This document shows positions 23,612 to 31,958 of a DNA stretch of 32,000 bases, piece after piece; position 1 is the first letter of the stretch; each line of letters begins with the position of its first letter. A program made the translations under genes and the position numbers. This stretch comes from Geotalea uraniireducens Rf4 (lineage in GTDB: Bacteria > Desulfobacterota > Desulfuromonadia > Geobacterales > Geobacteraceae): contig NC_009483.1 of NCBI RefSeq assembly GCF_000016745.1, positions 900,001 to 932,000 of the forward strand, written 5' to 3'. The notes below the pieces were generated by a model that had not been told where the DNA came from, ran no database searches, and saw nothing but the letters and a program-made list of their open reading frames with translations.

Positions 23612-26600
23612 TCATCTGTTTTTCCGGAAACCTGTTGCCACCAGCCCCAGCACGACAATAAATCCCAGTATGAACAACCAGGGGATCGGGGCCGATGCCG
23701 CGCCGGCCGCCGGTTTACCGCTTTCCTGCATTTCAAACCCTTCAACCTGTTTGCCCTGCGTCGCTTTGCCGCTCGTCCCTTGGGTTGCGGCCTGCTGCGC
23801 AGACTTCTGCGCCGCCTGCTGCCGTCCCTGTTTGCCGTTCTTCCCGGCATCGGGCTGTTTCATGTTCTGTAGCGCTTGCTCGAAACCGGAAACCAGCGAT
23901 TTCAGCCCCGGCACCGATAACAGGGTTGTGGTTGTGAACTTCGTCAACTGCGGGTTGTTGCAGGTATGGTCGCAACAGGCAAGACCGACCTCTTGAACCG
24001 ATTTGGCGTATTCCTCGGCCAGTTTCTCGACTATTTTCTGATCCGGCTTCCAGTACTGCTTGCGCACTGTCTCCAGCATACGTGCGACGACAGACTGGTA
24101 GGCCCACATATTCTTGGCCTGGCGGAACATGTCCTTGATTCCCAGACCGTTTCTGTCAAGCACATATGTTTCATGCATCTCCTGCCACTTGGCGCTGTCC
24201 ACCGTCTCCGGCACCGTCACCTGCCATCCCCAAAGATGTTCCGTCACCTTGTCGATGAAGCGCGCTCCGGCGTACCCATCCTTCATCATGGCCTTGATCC
24301 ACTCCGGATTGAGATAGCGGGAACGCATCTCCTGCCCCATCACTTTCTCCAATGTTTCCTGTTTTGCCTTGTTCGGATTGGTCATGTCGGTGACGTAAAC
24401 CTCGGGAGTCGCGCCGTTCACGGCGCGGACCGCCATGGCGGTGCCCCCCAGATACTGGTAGAAGTCGTCCGTATCCAGTATGCCGATGGTGTTGGTGGAA
24501 CGGCTGTGGATTGCAATCTTGCTGCCGGTGAGGGCGTTTTTGAACAGCGCCGTGCCGATCTCCTGCCCCTTATGTTCCACCTTTTCGCCCCAGAAACCTT
24601 GGCCAAAGGGATGACCCATGCGCATGAAATAGACGTCTACCACCTGTTTTTCGTTATCCCACTTGTCGGAAGCAACGATCACCTTGTCTAAGCCGGTGCC
24701 GTACGTGCCGGGTGGTTCGGTAAATATGCGCACCGATGCCAGCCGACCGGCCTTTTCCTCCGCCATACCTTTATCGAGTAATATCTGCTTGGTACGTCTG
24801 GTATTGGATCTGATCAGGTTATCTTCTTCATCCTGATCACGTGCAACCGTCACCGCGCTGTCCAAGAGCGCCATCAGGTTGGCGAACAGGTCGCGGTACA
24901 GGCCGGAAGGAACGATGGTGACGTCAATCCGGCCACGCCCCAGCTCTTGCCTCGGAATCGGCTCGACCCCCTTGACCCGTCCCCGCTCGTCCCACTGGGG
25001 GCGTACCCCCATCAGATACATGATCTGTGACTCCATCACCCCTTCATGACGGATGGTTTCAGTAGCCCAGATATTGAAGGTCAGTTTGTCGGGGTATGCT
25101 TCATGGCGCTTTTTGTACCCCTCGATCAGCTCCTGGGCCAGTTTTGTTCCGGTCGCATAGGTGCCCGGAGAGGGGACACGGGTCGGATCAAACGCATAGA
25201 AGTTCTTGCCGGTGGGGAGTGAGTCCGGATTGCGAATCGGATCGTTGCCGGTGCCGGACGGGATGTATTTCCCCGCCAGGGCGGCCACAAAAGAATCGAG
25301 TTCACGGGGGCCGCTGGCGGCGATTGCCGCTTCCAGGGCGGCGATACGCTTCTGACGTTCTTCAGATTTCAGACTTTTCTCAATGGCGATAATCGCCTCG
25401 GCGGTGCTTTTCAGATACTTCCCATCCGGCGATTTGCCGAAAGTATGCAGCCCAAAGGGGGTAATCTTCTCGCCGATCTCCCTGATGTAGTCGTCCAGTT
25501 CCTCCACCTGTTCCATAGTGGTGATGGCCGACAGTTTCAGGTCCGTCAGGATGCCCCCCTTGCGGGCCAGCCGGTTGATCTCCTCCAGCTTGCTGCCCGC
25601 CAGTTGGGGTGACTTCTCTTTGGCATCGTTGTAATCGCTGATCAGCGCCGCCAGCTCCTTCAATTCGCGGTTGATACCGGCCTTGTCAAAGGGGGGAGTC
25701 ATATAATCAATCACCACCGCCATGCCGCGCCGCTTGGCCTGGAGCCCTTCGCCCACATCATCCACGATGTAGGGGTAGATATTGGGAAGGTCCTGAATCA
25801 GCAGTTCCGGCGGATCTTCCTGTGTGAAGCCGACCTCTTTGCCGGTGAGCCATTCCTGGGTGCCATGGGTGCCGATATGGGCCACGGCGTCGGCCTTGAA
25901 GCCGCGTTTCAGCCAGAGATGAAAGGCGATATACTGGTGATGGGGCGGAGTGTGGATATCATGAAAGAGCTTTTTGACATCCTGTTCCAATCCGCGCGAC
26001 GGCTCCGGTGTGAACAGAATGTTGCCGTATTTGACCCCCGGCAGCACGATAAACTTTTTCCCGTTCGGGTCGCGCCAGGTCATGATGGCGGCGTCATCCG
26101 GCTCGCCCCAGCTTTTCACCACATCCTTGCGGAAGTTTTTCGGCAGCTCCATGAACCAGCTTTTGTAAACCGCCATCGGGATCAACACCGCCCGGCCGCT
26201 GCGGGCCAACCTGTCAATCTCCGCCGGAGCCCAGTTGCCGATATTGCGCCCAAAGGCATGCACCTCTTCAAACAGCTTCTCTTTGGAGATCTCTTCGTTT
26301 CCTGTGGTATAGCCTTCGCGTTTCAACCTGCTGAATATCTCAAAGAGGCTTTCCGGCAGCACATTCAGGTAGGCAGCACCGATATTCTGTTTCCCCGGCG
26401 GGTAGTTGTAGTAGATGATGCCGATATTCTTGTCGCTGTTCGGTTTCTGTTGCAGCGTCAGCCAGCGTTTAACCCGTTCAGTCAGCCGTTCGATCCGCTC
26501 CGGGATAGGGCGGGTCTCCATGTATTCCAGTCCGGTGGCGGGGTCAACGCCCCGCTCTTTCGAGGAGACCACCGTCGGCTGAATGATACCGGCCATTTCC

Positions 26601-27583
26601 GGCAGTCCGATGGTTGAGCTGCGCTCGAAGATGTCCAGCCCGACCGGGGATTTTTCCCACTCTTCCCGTGACTGGGAGTGCAGGGTAACGGCATCGATCA
26701 CCGGCACACCAAGGCGGGTCAGAATCGGCACCGCCCGCTGTGGTGTGATGCCGACTTTGAGCGATACGCCGATCACCGCCTGCACTCTGCTTTTTCCGGT
26801 TTCGTCAAAAAAATACTTTTCCACCGACAGTTCCGAGGGGTAGCCGTAGACCGGCAGGACATTCATTCCCTTGCGTTCCAGCGAAGCGATCAGGCTGTCG
26901 AGCAGCGCGGTGTCGTCGTTATCCACCAGGTTCCGGTAAAAAGGGATGCCGATCCAGGGGCCGGGGCGGTGGCGATACAGCTTCAGGTAGTCGGCAAATG
27001 TTTCAACGGTACGCTTGCCATCTTTGAGATATAAGCCGAAAGCGGGAACTCCCTGAGGTTCTTGATACTCAACCGCGATGCCGCACTCCCGTTTCAGCAG
27101 CGAGAGGATCATGTTAACAGCATTTTCCAACCCTCCCTCTTGTTGATAACGGCTAACGATGGAGTCGTTTTTCAGGCCGAGGGCGCTGTCGTCCTTGCTG
27201 AACATCCCACCCACGGCATACACATTCATCCCGGCCTGCTGCATGGTGAGGATGGATGGCTTCAGCAATTCGAGAAAACGTCGATCCATGATATGGACAA
27301 TGCCGAAACCTTTTGATCCGGCGGGATAGTGTGCCTTTGCTCCGTTTTCGCGCTCAAGCCCCGCCTTGGTAACCACCTCAAACGTTACCTGGTGTGCTAG
27401 TTCCGGATGTTTCAACGTGATGGCGTGAACCGCCTGTACCGCCAGACGGGAGTTGTAATCGCCAAGCATCAGCCTAACCGTGAGCGGCGTTTCCGCAGCC
27501 AGGGCGGCAAGAGGAAGCGCCAGTAGCAGAACTATTGCCGAAGCAGCTTTCAGGATCGTGGCAAACAGGCTATTCCGGCACAT
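23612..27583 (-). CDS. CobN/Mg-chelatase large-subunit family protein with N-terminal signal peptide and C-terminal membrane anchor (HmuS-like)
   Basis: 1323 aa. Contains the CobN-type motif AHIGTHGTQEWLTGKEVG and is family-like along its length. N-terminus MCRNSLFATILKAASAIVLLLALPLAALA-AE looks like a Sec signal. C-terminus has a Q/K/A-rich linker followed by IPWLFILGFIVVLGLVATGFRKNR. It overlaps the upstream gene by 14 nt. Confidence 0.85.
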   Translation of the reverse strand: MCRNSLFATILKAASAIVLLLALPLAALAAETPLTVRLMLGDYNSRLAVQAVHAITLKHPELAHQVTFEVVTKAGLERENGAKAHYPAGSKGFGIVHIMDRRFLELLKPSILTMQQAGMNVYAVGGMFSKDDSALGLKNDSIVSRYQQEGGLENAVNMILSLLKRECGIAVEYQEPQGVPAFGLYLKDGKRTVETFADYLKLYRHRPGPWIGIPFYRNLVDNDDTALLDSLIASLERKGMNVLPVYGYPSELSVEKYFFDETGKSRVQAVIGVSLKVGITPQRAVPILTRLGVPVIDAVTLHSQSREEWEKSPVGLDIFERSSTIGLPEMAGIIQPTVVSSKERGVDPATGLEYMETRPIPERIERLTERVKRWLTLQQKPNSDKNIGIIYYNYPPGKQNIGAAYLNVLPESLFEIFSRLKREGYTTGNEEISKEKLFEEVHAFGRNIGNWAPAEIDRLARSGRAVLIPMAVYKSWFMELPKNFRKDVVKSWGEPDDAAIMTWRDPNGKKFIVLPGVKYGNILFTPEPSRGLEQDVKKLFHDIHTPPHHQYIAFHLWLKRGFKADAVAHIGTHGTQEWLTGKEVGFTQEDPPELLIQDLPNIYPYIVDDVGEGLQAKRRGMAVVIDYMTPPFDKAGINRELKELAALISDYNDAKEKSPQLAGSKLEEINRLARKGGILTDLKLSAITTMEQVEELDDYIREIGEKITPFGLHTFGKSPDGKYLKSTAEAIIAIEKSLKSEERQKRIAALEAAIAASGPRELDSFVAALAGKYIPSGTGNDPIRNPDSLPTGKNFYAFDPTRVPSPGTYATGTKLAQELIEGYKKRHEAYPDKLTFNIWATETIRHEGVMESQIMYLMGVRPQWDERGRVKGVEPIPRQELGRGRIDVTIVPSGLYRDLFANLMALLDSAVTVARDQDEEDNLIRSNTRRTKQILLDKGMAEEKAGRLASVRIFTEPPGTYGTGLDKVIVASDKWDNEKQVVDVYFMRMGHPFGQGFWGEKVEHKGQEIGTALFKNALTGSKIAIHSRSTNTIGILDTDDFYQYLGGTAMAVRAVNGATPEVYVTDMTNPNKAKQETLEKVMGQEMRSRYLNPEWIKAMMKDGYAGARFIDKVTEHLWGWQVTVPETVDSAKWQEMHETYVLDRNGLGIKDMFRQAKNMWAYQSVVARMLETVRKQYWKPDQKIVEKLAEEYAKSVQEVGLACCDHTCNNPQLTKFTTTTLLSVPGLKSLVSGFEQALQNMKQPDAGKNGKQGRQQAAQKSAQQAATQGTSGKATQGKQVEGFEMQESGKPAAGAASAPIPWLFILGFIVVLGLVATGFRKNR

Positions 27584-27908
27584 AGATCACCTTCCCGTCT
27601 TTCAGTTGATACGCAGTGCCCAGCCGTTCCCCTTCGCCGGAAAGCCGCTTGTCCGCCACCTTGCGCACCTTGATCTCTTTGCCCTTCTTGGTGATGACCT
27701 CGATTCCACCGTTGGCGGTCTTTTTGGTGATGGTTACCTCCGATTTCGGGTCCATCAGGTCGAGCATGTTGTAGGCCATGAACAGGGCGATCATCATGCT
27801 GACGATAAAGACCACGCTGACGTCGAACAGGTTGGCCACTCCGGCGATTGGATCTTCCAGCGGCTCATCATATTTTTCAAAGCGGTTGCGCCGTTTAAGA
27901 AATCTCAT
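27570..27908 (-). CDS. Small single-pass membrane protein, DUF2149-like (ExbD-like topology)
   Basis: 112 aa: a short charged N-terminus, TM LFDVSVVFIVSMMIALFMAY, then a ~60-aa soluble beta-rich tail. It overlaps both neighbours by 14 nt. The family name is from memory. Confidence 0.7.
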   Translation of the reverse strand: MRFLKRRNRFEKYDEPLEDPIAGVANLFDVSVVFIVSMMIALFMAYNMLDLMDPKSEVTITKKTANGGIEVITKKGKEIKVRKVADKRLSGEGERLGTAYQLKDGKVIYVPE

Positions 27909-28491
27909 CGCCTTCTTCCTCCCTGGCCGACAGTGGGCGACTGCTGGTATATCTCCTGAGCATCAACTCGGTCTGGTATTCCATTTCTCGCATGTCGGCC
28001 CGCACCCATTTTTCCTTCACCAGCGACATCAGGTAGGCTACGACGCTACAGGCCAGACCGACGACAACGGTGGTAAAGGCGGTCACCATACTTCCGGCCA
28101 TCTTGGGCATATCCCCCTGCGCCAGCGAAGAGAGGGATATCCCCATCGGAATCAGGGTTCCCATCAAACCAAGAGCTGGACCGACCCGGATCACGAAGCG
28201 GATCTTGTCCAGGGATTTGACCAGGGCCAGCTCGGCCGTTTGCAGGAGACGCTCCATGGCGATATCCAGATTGGACTTCTCAGGTGCGTCCGCCAGTGCT
28301 GCGGTCAAGCGTGCCCGGTAGCGTTCCAGCGGGGTGGATACCCCCTGTCGCCGTTCCAGCCACTCCCGCAGAAATCCGCCAATGAAGATGGTGACCCATC
28401 CAACCAAAAGCACCAGCCCGGCAACCACCGGAAACAGCAGAACCGACGAAATCAGATACAGGACGGTTTCAAGACCAGCCAATATGTTCAT
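27895..28491 (-). CDS. MotA/TolQ/ExbB proton-channel family protein
   Basis: 198 aa with three TM segments and signature VGPALGLMGTLIPMG...AFTTVVVGLACSVVAY. ATGA start/stop overlap with the upstream gene. Confidence 0.85.
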   Translation of the reverse strand: MNILAGLETVLYLISSVLLFPVVAGLVLLVGWVTIFIGGFLREWLERRQGVSTPLERYRARLTAALADAPEKSNLDIAMERLLQTAELALVKSLDKIRFVIRVGPALGLMGTLIPMGISLSSLAQGDMPKMAGSMVTAFTTVVVGLACSVVAYLMSLVKEKWVRADMREMEYQTELMLRRYTSSRPLSAREEEGDEIS

Positions 28492-29183
28492 TTGTTACCT
28501 CCTTTGTGTGTAAAAAAGCCGACCAACAACGCTGTCAGCAGCAGCCCCAACAGAAACATGCCGCCTGTGCCGTTTCCGGCAACAGGCGGCAGCTCCTTGA
28601 GAAATGAGCTGTACATCCCTTTGGCCTGCTCAACTTTGGTCGGCAGAAAGAGGGAGGCGATGAAATAAAGTCCGATCGTGATCATGACCAGCCCCAGGGA
28701 GGGGAGTGAACGGCGATTAGATCCGGTTCTGGAGACAATCATCACCACCAGCGTCATGCTGCTGAAAACCCCGCCCAGCACCAAGCCAACCGCCCAGGGG
28801 AGCAGCGGGAGGCTGTTGAGGGCGCTCCAGGTCGAGAAGGTCATGGCGGTCAGGCAGACCGGGCAGGGGATCAACAGTGCCAAGGGAGAATCGTGAGGGG
28901 ATGTTCCCCCCTGTCTCTTGATGATAAAAAGCCCCCAGAGGATCATGCCCATGGCCATAACCATGTGCAGCCAGCGCCCTCCTTTCAGCAGAGGTTCAAG
29001 CAGCGGCAACAGGCGCTCGGCCAGGAGGGCGATCAGCTCAAAGAGCGCCAGATAGAGGCCGATGGTGAACGCTACCCCTTTTCGGGAAACCTGCCCGTAT
29101 CCCAAGCCAGCGCCGACCTTGACGGCAAAGATTCCCAGACTGAAGAGGGTGCCGCCGACCCAGAGCGCTATATTCAGATCCAT
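28488..29183 (-). CDS. Polytopic (6-7 TM) membrane protein, DUF2162-like predicted transporter
   Basis: 231 aa and highly hydrophobic, with LLIPCPVCLTAM (CPxC within a TM) and a His (SPHDSP) loop. The family name is recalled from memory of CobN/MotA/DUF2149 neighbourhoods and was not verified. Confidence 0.65.
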   Translation of the reverse strand: MDLNIALWVGGTLFSLGIFAVKVGAGLGYGQVSRKGVAFTIGLYLALFELIALLAERLLPLLEPLLKGGRWLHMVMAMGMILWGLFIIKRQGGTSPHDSPLALLIPCPVCLTAMTFSTWSALNSLPLLPWAVGLVLGGVFSSMTLVVMIVSRTGSNRRSLPSLGLVMITIGLYFIASLFLPTKVEQAKGMYSSFLKELPPVAGNGTGGMFLLGLLLTALLVGFFTHKGGNK

Positions 29184-29196
29184 ATAAACTCCCGTA

Positions 29197-31425
29197 TCAG
29201 AATTTGAAACTCAACTCGCCGTATGCTGAGCGTCCCGGCGCCAGATAGTATGAGTAGTAGTGTTCATCAAGCAGATTGGAGACGGATAGTGAAGCAGTAG
29301 CCCATGAAGTGATCCTGTAGCGCAGTTTCAGGTCAACGGTGAAATAGGGGTCGTAACTCCCCTGAACGCCGTTGACCGTATCGATGTTGGTGTCGTTGCC
29401 ATAGCGCTTGCCCACATAGCGACCGGTGGCCAACGCTCCGAAGTCGCCGTATTCCAAATCGGCGCCGACATTGAACATATGTTCCGGTACATCGGTCATC
29501 CGTTTGCCGGTAGAGGCGGGGGCTGCGCTGTTTTCCTTGATGGTGGCATCGGAATAGGTGTAGTTGGCAAACAGTCTGAGCTGCTTGCCGAATTTCTGTT
29601 CCGCCTCCAGCTCCACCCCTTTGCTTTCCGCCTTGCCGGCGTTGACCTTGTCCTTCCAGGTTGCCGTGGTTGATGTACTGTAGATCAGGTCGCTGATGTA
29701 GTTTTCAAAATAGGTGGCCGAAACCCTGGCTCCCTCCCAGAGACCCTGGCTGACACCGGCATCCCAAGAGATGGTTGTTTCCGGCTTCAGATCAGGATTT
29801 CCGGCATAGGTTATTCCGCTGGAAGTCGTCCAGGTGCGGTAGAGATCATATGCGGTGGGAGCGCGGAACGCCTTGCCGCCGGAGAGTTTGAGGGTGGTCT
29901 GGTCGAACGGTTTATACACGATGGCCCCTTTGGGGCTAAAGGAAGAGGCGCTGCGGGAATCATAATTTTTGGGATAGCCACTGCTTCCAACCTGATTGGC
30001 GTAGCCGTCAAAGGTTTCCCACCAGTCCTGCCGGAAGCCGAAGAATAGGGTCAGTTTGTCCAGCAGCATGATCTCGTCCTGGGCGAACAGGGCGAAGGTC
30101 CGGTCGGTTCCCTTGGATTTGTAGGTCATGGCCGCTGTAGAATTTTCATCCTGCCAGTTGGTGAGGGTATGCTCCTTGGAATGGGCCCAACCGCTACGGA
30201 AGGCGCCGCCGAAGGTCAGAAGGTGGCGATCCAGCAGCGGCAGGGATGCCTGAAGATCGGCGTTGATCGCCCCGGCCGGGGTATCGGACAGTTTGCCCGG
30301 GCCACCGCTTCGGGTGGCGCTGTTGGGTGGAGCTGCCGAGGTGGGGGTGGAGCCCCAACTGCTGGCCTGATACAGATAGCCGAGGTTCAGTTTAAGTTTG
30401 ACCGGAGAAAATGCTGTTTCGGCGGCCAGGCCGTACAGATACTGGTCGCTGCCACCGTTTGCTCCCAGGAAGGAGGCTTCCCGTACCGTGCCGTAGGTCC
30501 AGACCTCGGCACCGGAGCTGTTGCGCAGATAGGTTGCCGGGTCATCATAGAAATATTCACCGCTTGACTTCAGGAAGGTGAACCTGACTCTGGTGTCCGG
30601 AGAAAACTCGTATTCTGTCTTGACAGTAAGGTTGTCCTGCCAGGTGCCGTTTTTACCCTTGTCGCCGATCCGGTAGCGGGCTGCTCCGCTGTAGTCGGTA
30701 GTGTTACTGTAGCCGGTTATTCCGGCGGTCGGCTGGCTGCTCTGGACGTTGAAGTCGCTGCGGTAGCCGTTCGTGCCTACATAGTCGTTATGCAGATAGA
30801 CCTTAAATTTCCCCAGAAACTTGTCGCCGTAGGAAACCGCCACGCGGCGGGAGTTCTCCATACCGTTGCCGCTGTCTAGGGCAGAACCATAGCCACCGGT
30901 AAGGGTAAATTCCCGTTTTTCCGGCATCTGGGTAATCAGATTAACCACACCTCCCATGGCATAACCGCCGTAGAGGCTGGAGGCCGGTCCCTTGACCACC
31001 TCGATCTGTTCGAGACTGCCCGGTGCTATCCCCACAGAGAATACCGATCCTGCATAGGGGCTGTTGAGGGTGATGTCGTCCAGCATCACCAGTGTGCGGG
31101 ACTGCCCCGGAATACCCCGCAGGGTAATGGCCGACATCCGGTCCATCATCCCTTTGCCGCGGGTCGTAATCACACCGGGTATGATGTTGATCGCCTCATC
31201 CACCGTGGTAATATTCCGCTTATCTATCTCCTCCTTTGTTACAACGGAGACACTGCCGGGGGCGGACTCCAGATCTTGCTCGGTCCTGGTGGCTGTGACC
31301 ACGATCTGCTCCAGCCTGGTTTCGCTTCCTGCCGCGTTGCCTGGCGGTTCCGCCCCGATGGCGGCGCTCCCCAGCAGGCAGCCCGACAAAATCCCTGCCA
31401 ACGTTACGACTTTTTTTCTCTTCAT
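29197..31425 (-). CDS. TonB-dependent outer-membrane receptor (riboswitch-controlled; BtuB/HmuR-like role)
   Basis: Signal peptide MKRKKVVTLAGILSGCLLGSAAIGA. TonB box LEQIVVTATR. Plug motifs (PGVITTRGKG, IRG) and a beta-barrel ending ...YGELSFKF. RBS GGGAGA at 31436-31431. Confidence 0.9.
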   Translation of the reverse strand: MKRKKVVTLAGILSGCLLGSAAIGAEPPGNAAGSETRLEQIVVTATRTEQDLESAPGSVSVVTKEEIDKRNITTVDEAINIIPGVITTRGKGMMDRMSAITLRGIPGQSRTLVMLDDITLNSPYAGSVFSVGIAPGSLEQIEVVKGPASSLYGGYAMGGVVNLITQMPEKREFTLTGGYGSALDSGNGMENSRRVAVSYGDKFLGKFKVYLHNDYVGTNGYRSDFNVQSSQPTAGITGYSNTTDYSGAARYRIGDKGKNGTWQDNLTVKTEYEFSPDTRVRFTFLKSSGEYFYDDPATYLRNSSGAEVWTYGTVREASFLGANGGSDQYLYGLAAETAFSPVKLKLNLGYLYQASSWGSTPTSAAPPNSATRSGGPGKLSDTPAGAINADLQASLPLLDRHLLTFGGAFRSGWAHSKEHTLTNWQDENSTAAMTYKSKGTDRTFALFAQDEIMLLDKLTLFFGFRQDWWETFDGYANQVGSSGYPKNYDSRSASSFSPKGAIVYKPFDQTTLKLSGGKAFRAPTAYDLYRTWTTSSGITYAGNPDLKPETTISWDAGVSQGLWEGARVSATYFENYISDLIYSTSTTATWKDKVNAGKAESKGVELEAEQKFGKQLRLFANYTYSDATIKENSAAPASTGKRMTDVPEHMFNVGADLEYGDFGALATGRYVGKRYGNDTNIDTVNGVQGSYDPYFTVDLKLRYRITSWATASLSVSNLLDEHYYSYYLAPGRSAYGELSFKF

Positions 31426-31449
31426 GATTTTCTCCCGCGAGTATTTCGG

Positions 31450-31600
31450 CTGGAGCGGTATTCCGGCTCAGGGCTTCCTACTTGCCCGCCTTCCCAGGAT
31501 TTTTCCCAGTGGCTGTTTCGCCTTGCGGCGATGGGCTTTCGTTCCCATTACGGCTGCGGGGCAGCGGGGGAGTTGCACCCCTCTTCCTCGACTCCATCCG
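31450..31600 (-). promoter_or_regulatory. Cobalamin riboswitch, proximal copy (B), abutting the receptor RBS
   Basis: The minus-strand RNA contains AGGAAGAGGGGUGCAACUCCCC, CCCGCAGCCGUAAUGGG, GCCACUGGGAAAAAUCCUGGGAAGGCG (GCCACUG from 31513) and the B12-box variant GAGCCGGAAUACCGCUCC (31469-31452). The RBS lies 16 nt further on. Confidence 0.8.
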
Positions 31601-31614
31601 TTTGAAAAAGGCAC

Positions 31615-31650
31615 AAAAAAAGTCCGCATATGCCGAAGCAATATGCGGAC
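31615..31650 (-). terminator. Intrinsic terminator between the two riboswitches (expression platform of copy A)
   Basis: The minus strand reads GUCCGCAUAUUGC-UUCG-GCAUAUGCGGAC: a 12-bp stem with one bulge and a UUCG tetraloop, followed by U7 (31621-31615). Confidence 0.85.
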
Positions 31651-31717
31651 TTTTCGTATTCAAAGTCTGATAATGGTTTCACTCTCCCTTTACCACGGGG
31701 AATTGTTGAGTGCTAAG

Positions 31718-31888
31718 ATCATGGCAGGTCTTCTGGCTCGCGATTCATCCTCCGGGCGCCTTCCCGGTCTTTCGACCAGTGACATAATGCCCTTCGTCCT
31801 CGCTTACAGCGGCGGGTCCGCGGGGGAATGGCTCGGTTTGAGCGGCACCCCTCTTCCCTATCAAGCCCTTGCGGGCACCGTGATCCGA
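31718..31888 (-). promoter_or_regulatory. Cobalamin riboswitch, distal copy (A)
   Basis: The minus-strand RNA contains GGUGCCCGCAAGGGCUUGAUAGGGAAGAGGGGUGCC, CCCGCCGCUGUAAGCG, GUCACUGGUCGAAAGACCGGGAAGGCG and the B12 box GAGCCAGAAGACCUGCC (31739-31723). Confidence 0.9.
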
Positions 31889-31928
31889 TATTCAGTTTTT
31901 GTTGATATTTACTAAATATTGCATGATC

Positions 31929-31958
31929 TCTTTAGCACAACACTACATCATGTGTCAA
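31929..31958 (-). promoter_or_regulatory. Candidate promoter of the riboswitch-led operon
   Basis: On the minus strand: TTGACA (31958-31953), an 18-nt spacer, then TAAAGA (31934-31929), about 40 nt upstream of riboswitch A. The -10 is weak. Confidence 0.3.

Noticed and set aside
23966-28668. Several 240-300-aa + strand ORFs (23966-24691, 25865-26617, 27778-28668) opposite the CobN-like and ExbB-like genes
   Set aside because: They are shadow ORFs inside strongly supported minus-strand genes, with no motifs and no RBS.
31742-31750. GATTCATCC in the leader resembling a half-site of the nikR palindrome
   Set aside because: It has one mismatch and no partner half-site at the required spacing. 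It lies inside riboswitch A, where the sequence is explained by RNA structure.
31064-31915. 283-aa + strand ORF spanning the receptor 5' end and the leader region
   Set aside because: It runs antisense through the receptor start, both riboswitch aptamers and the terminator. The RNA-element interpretation explains the conservation-like motifs far better.
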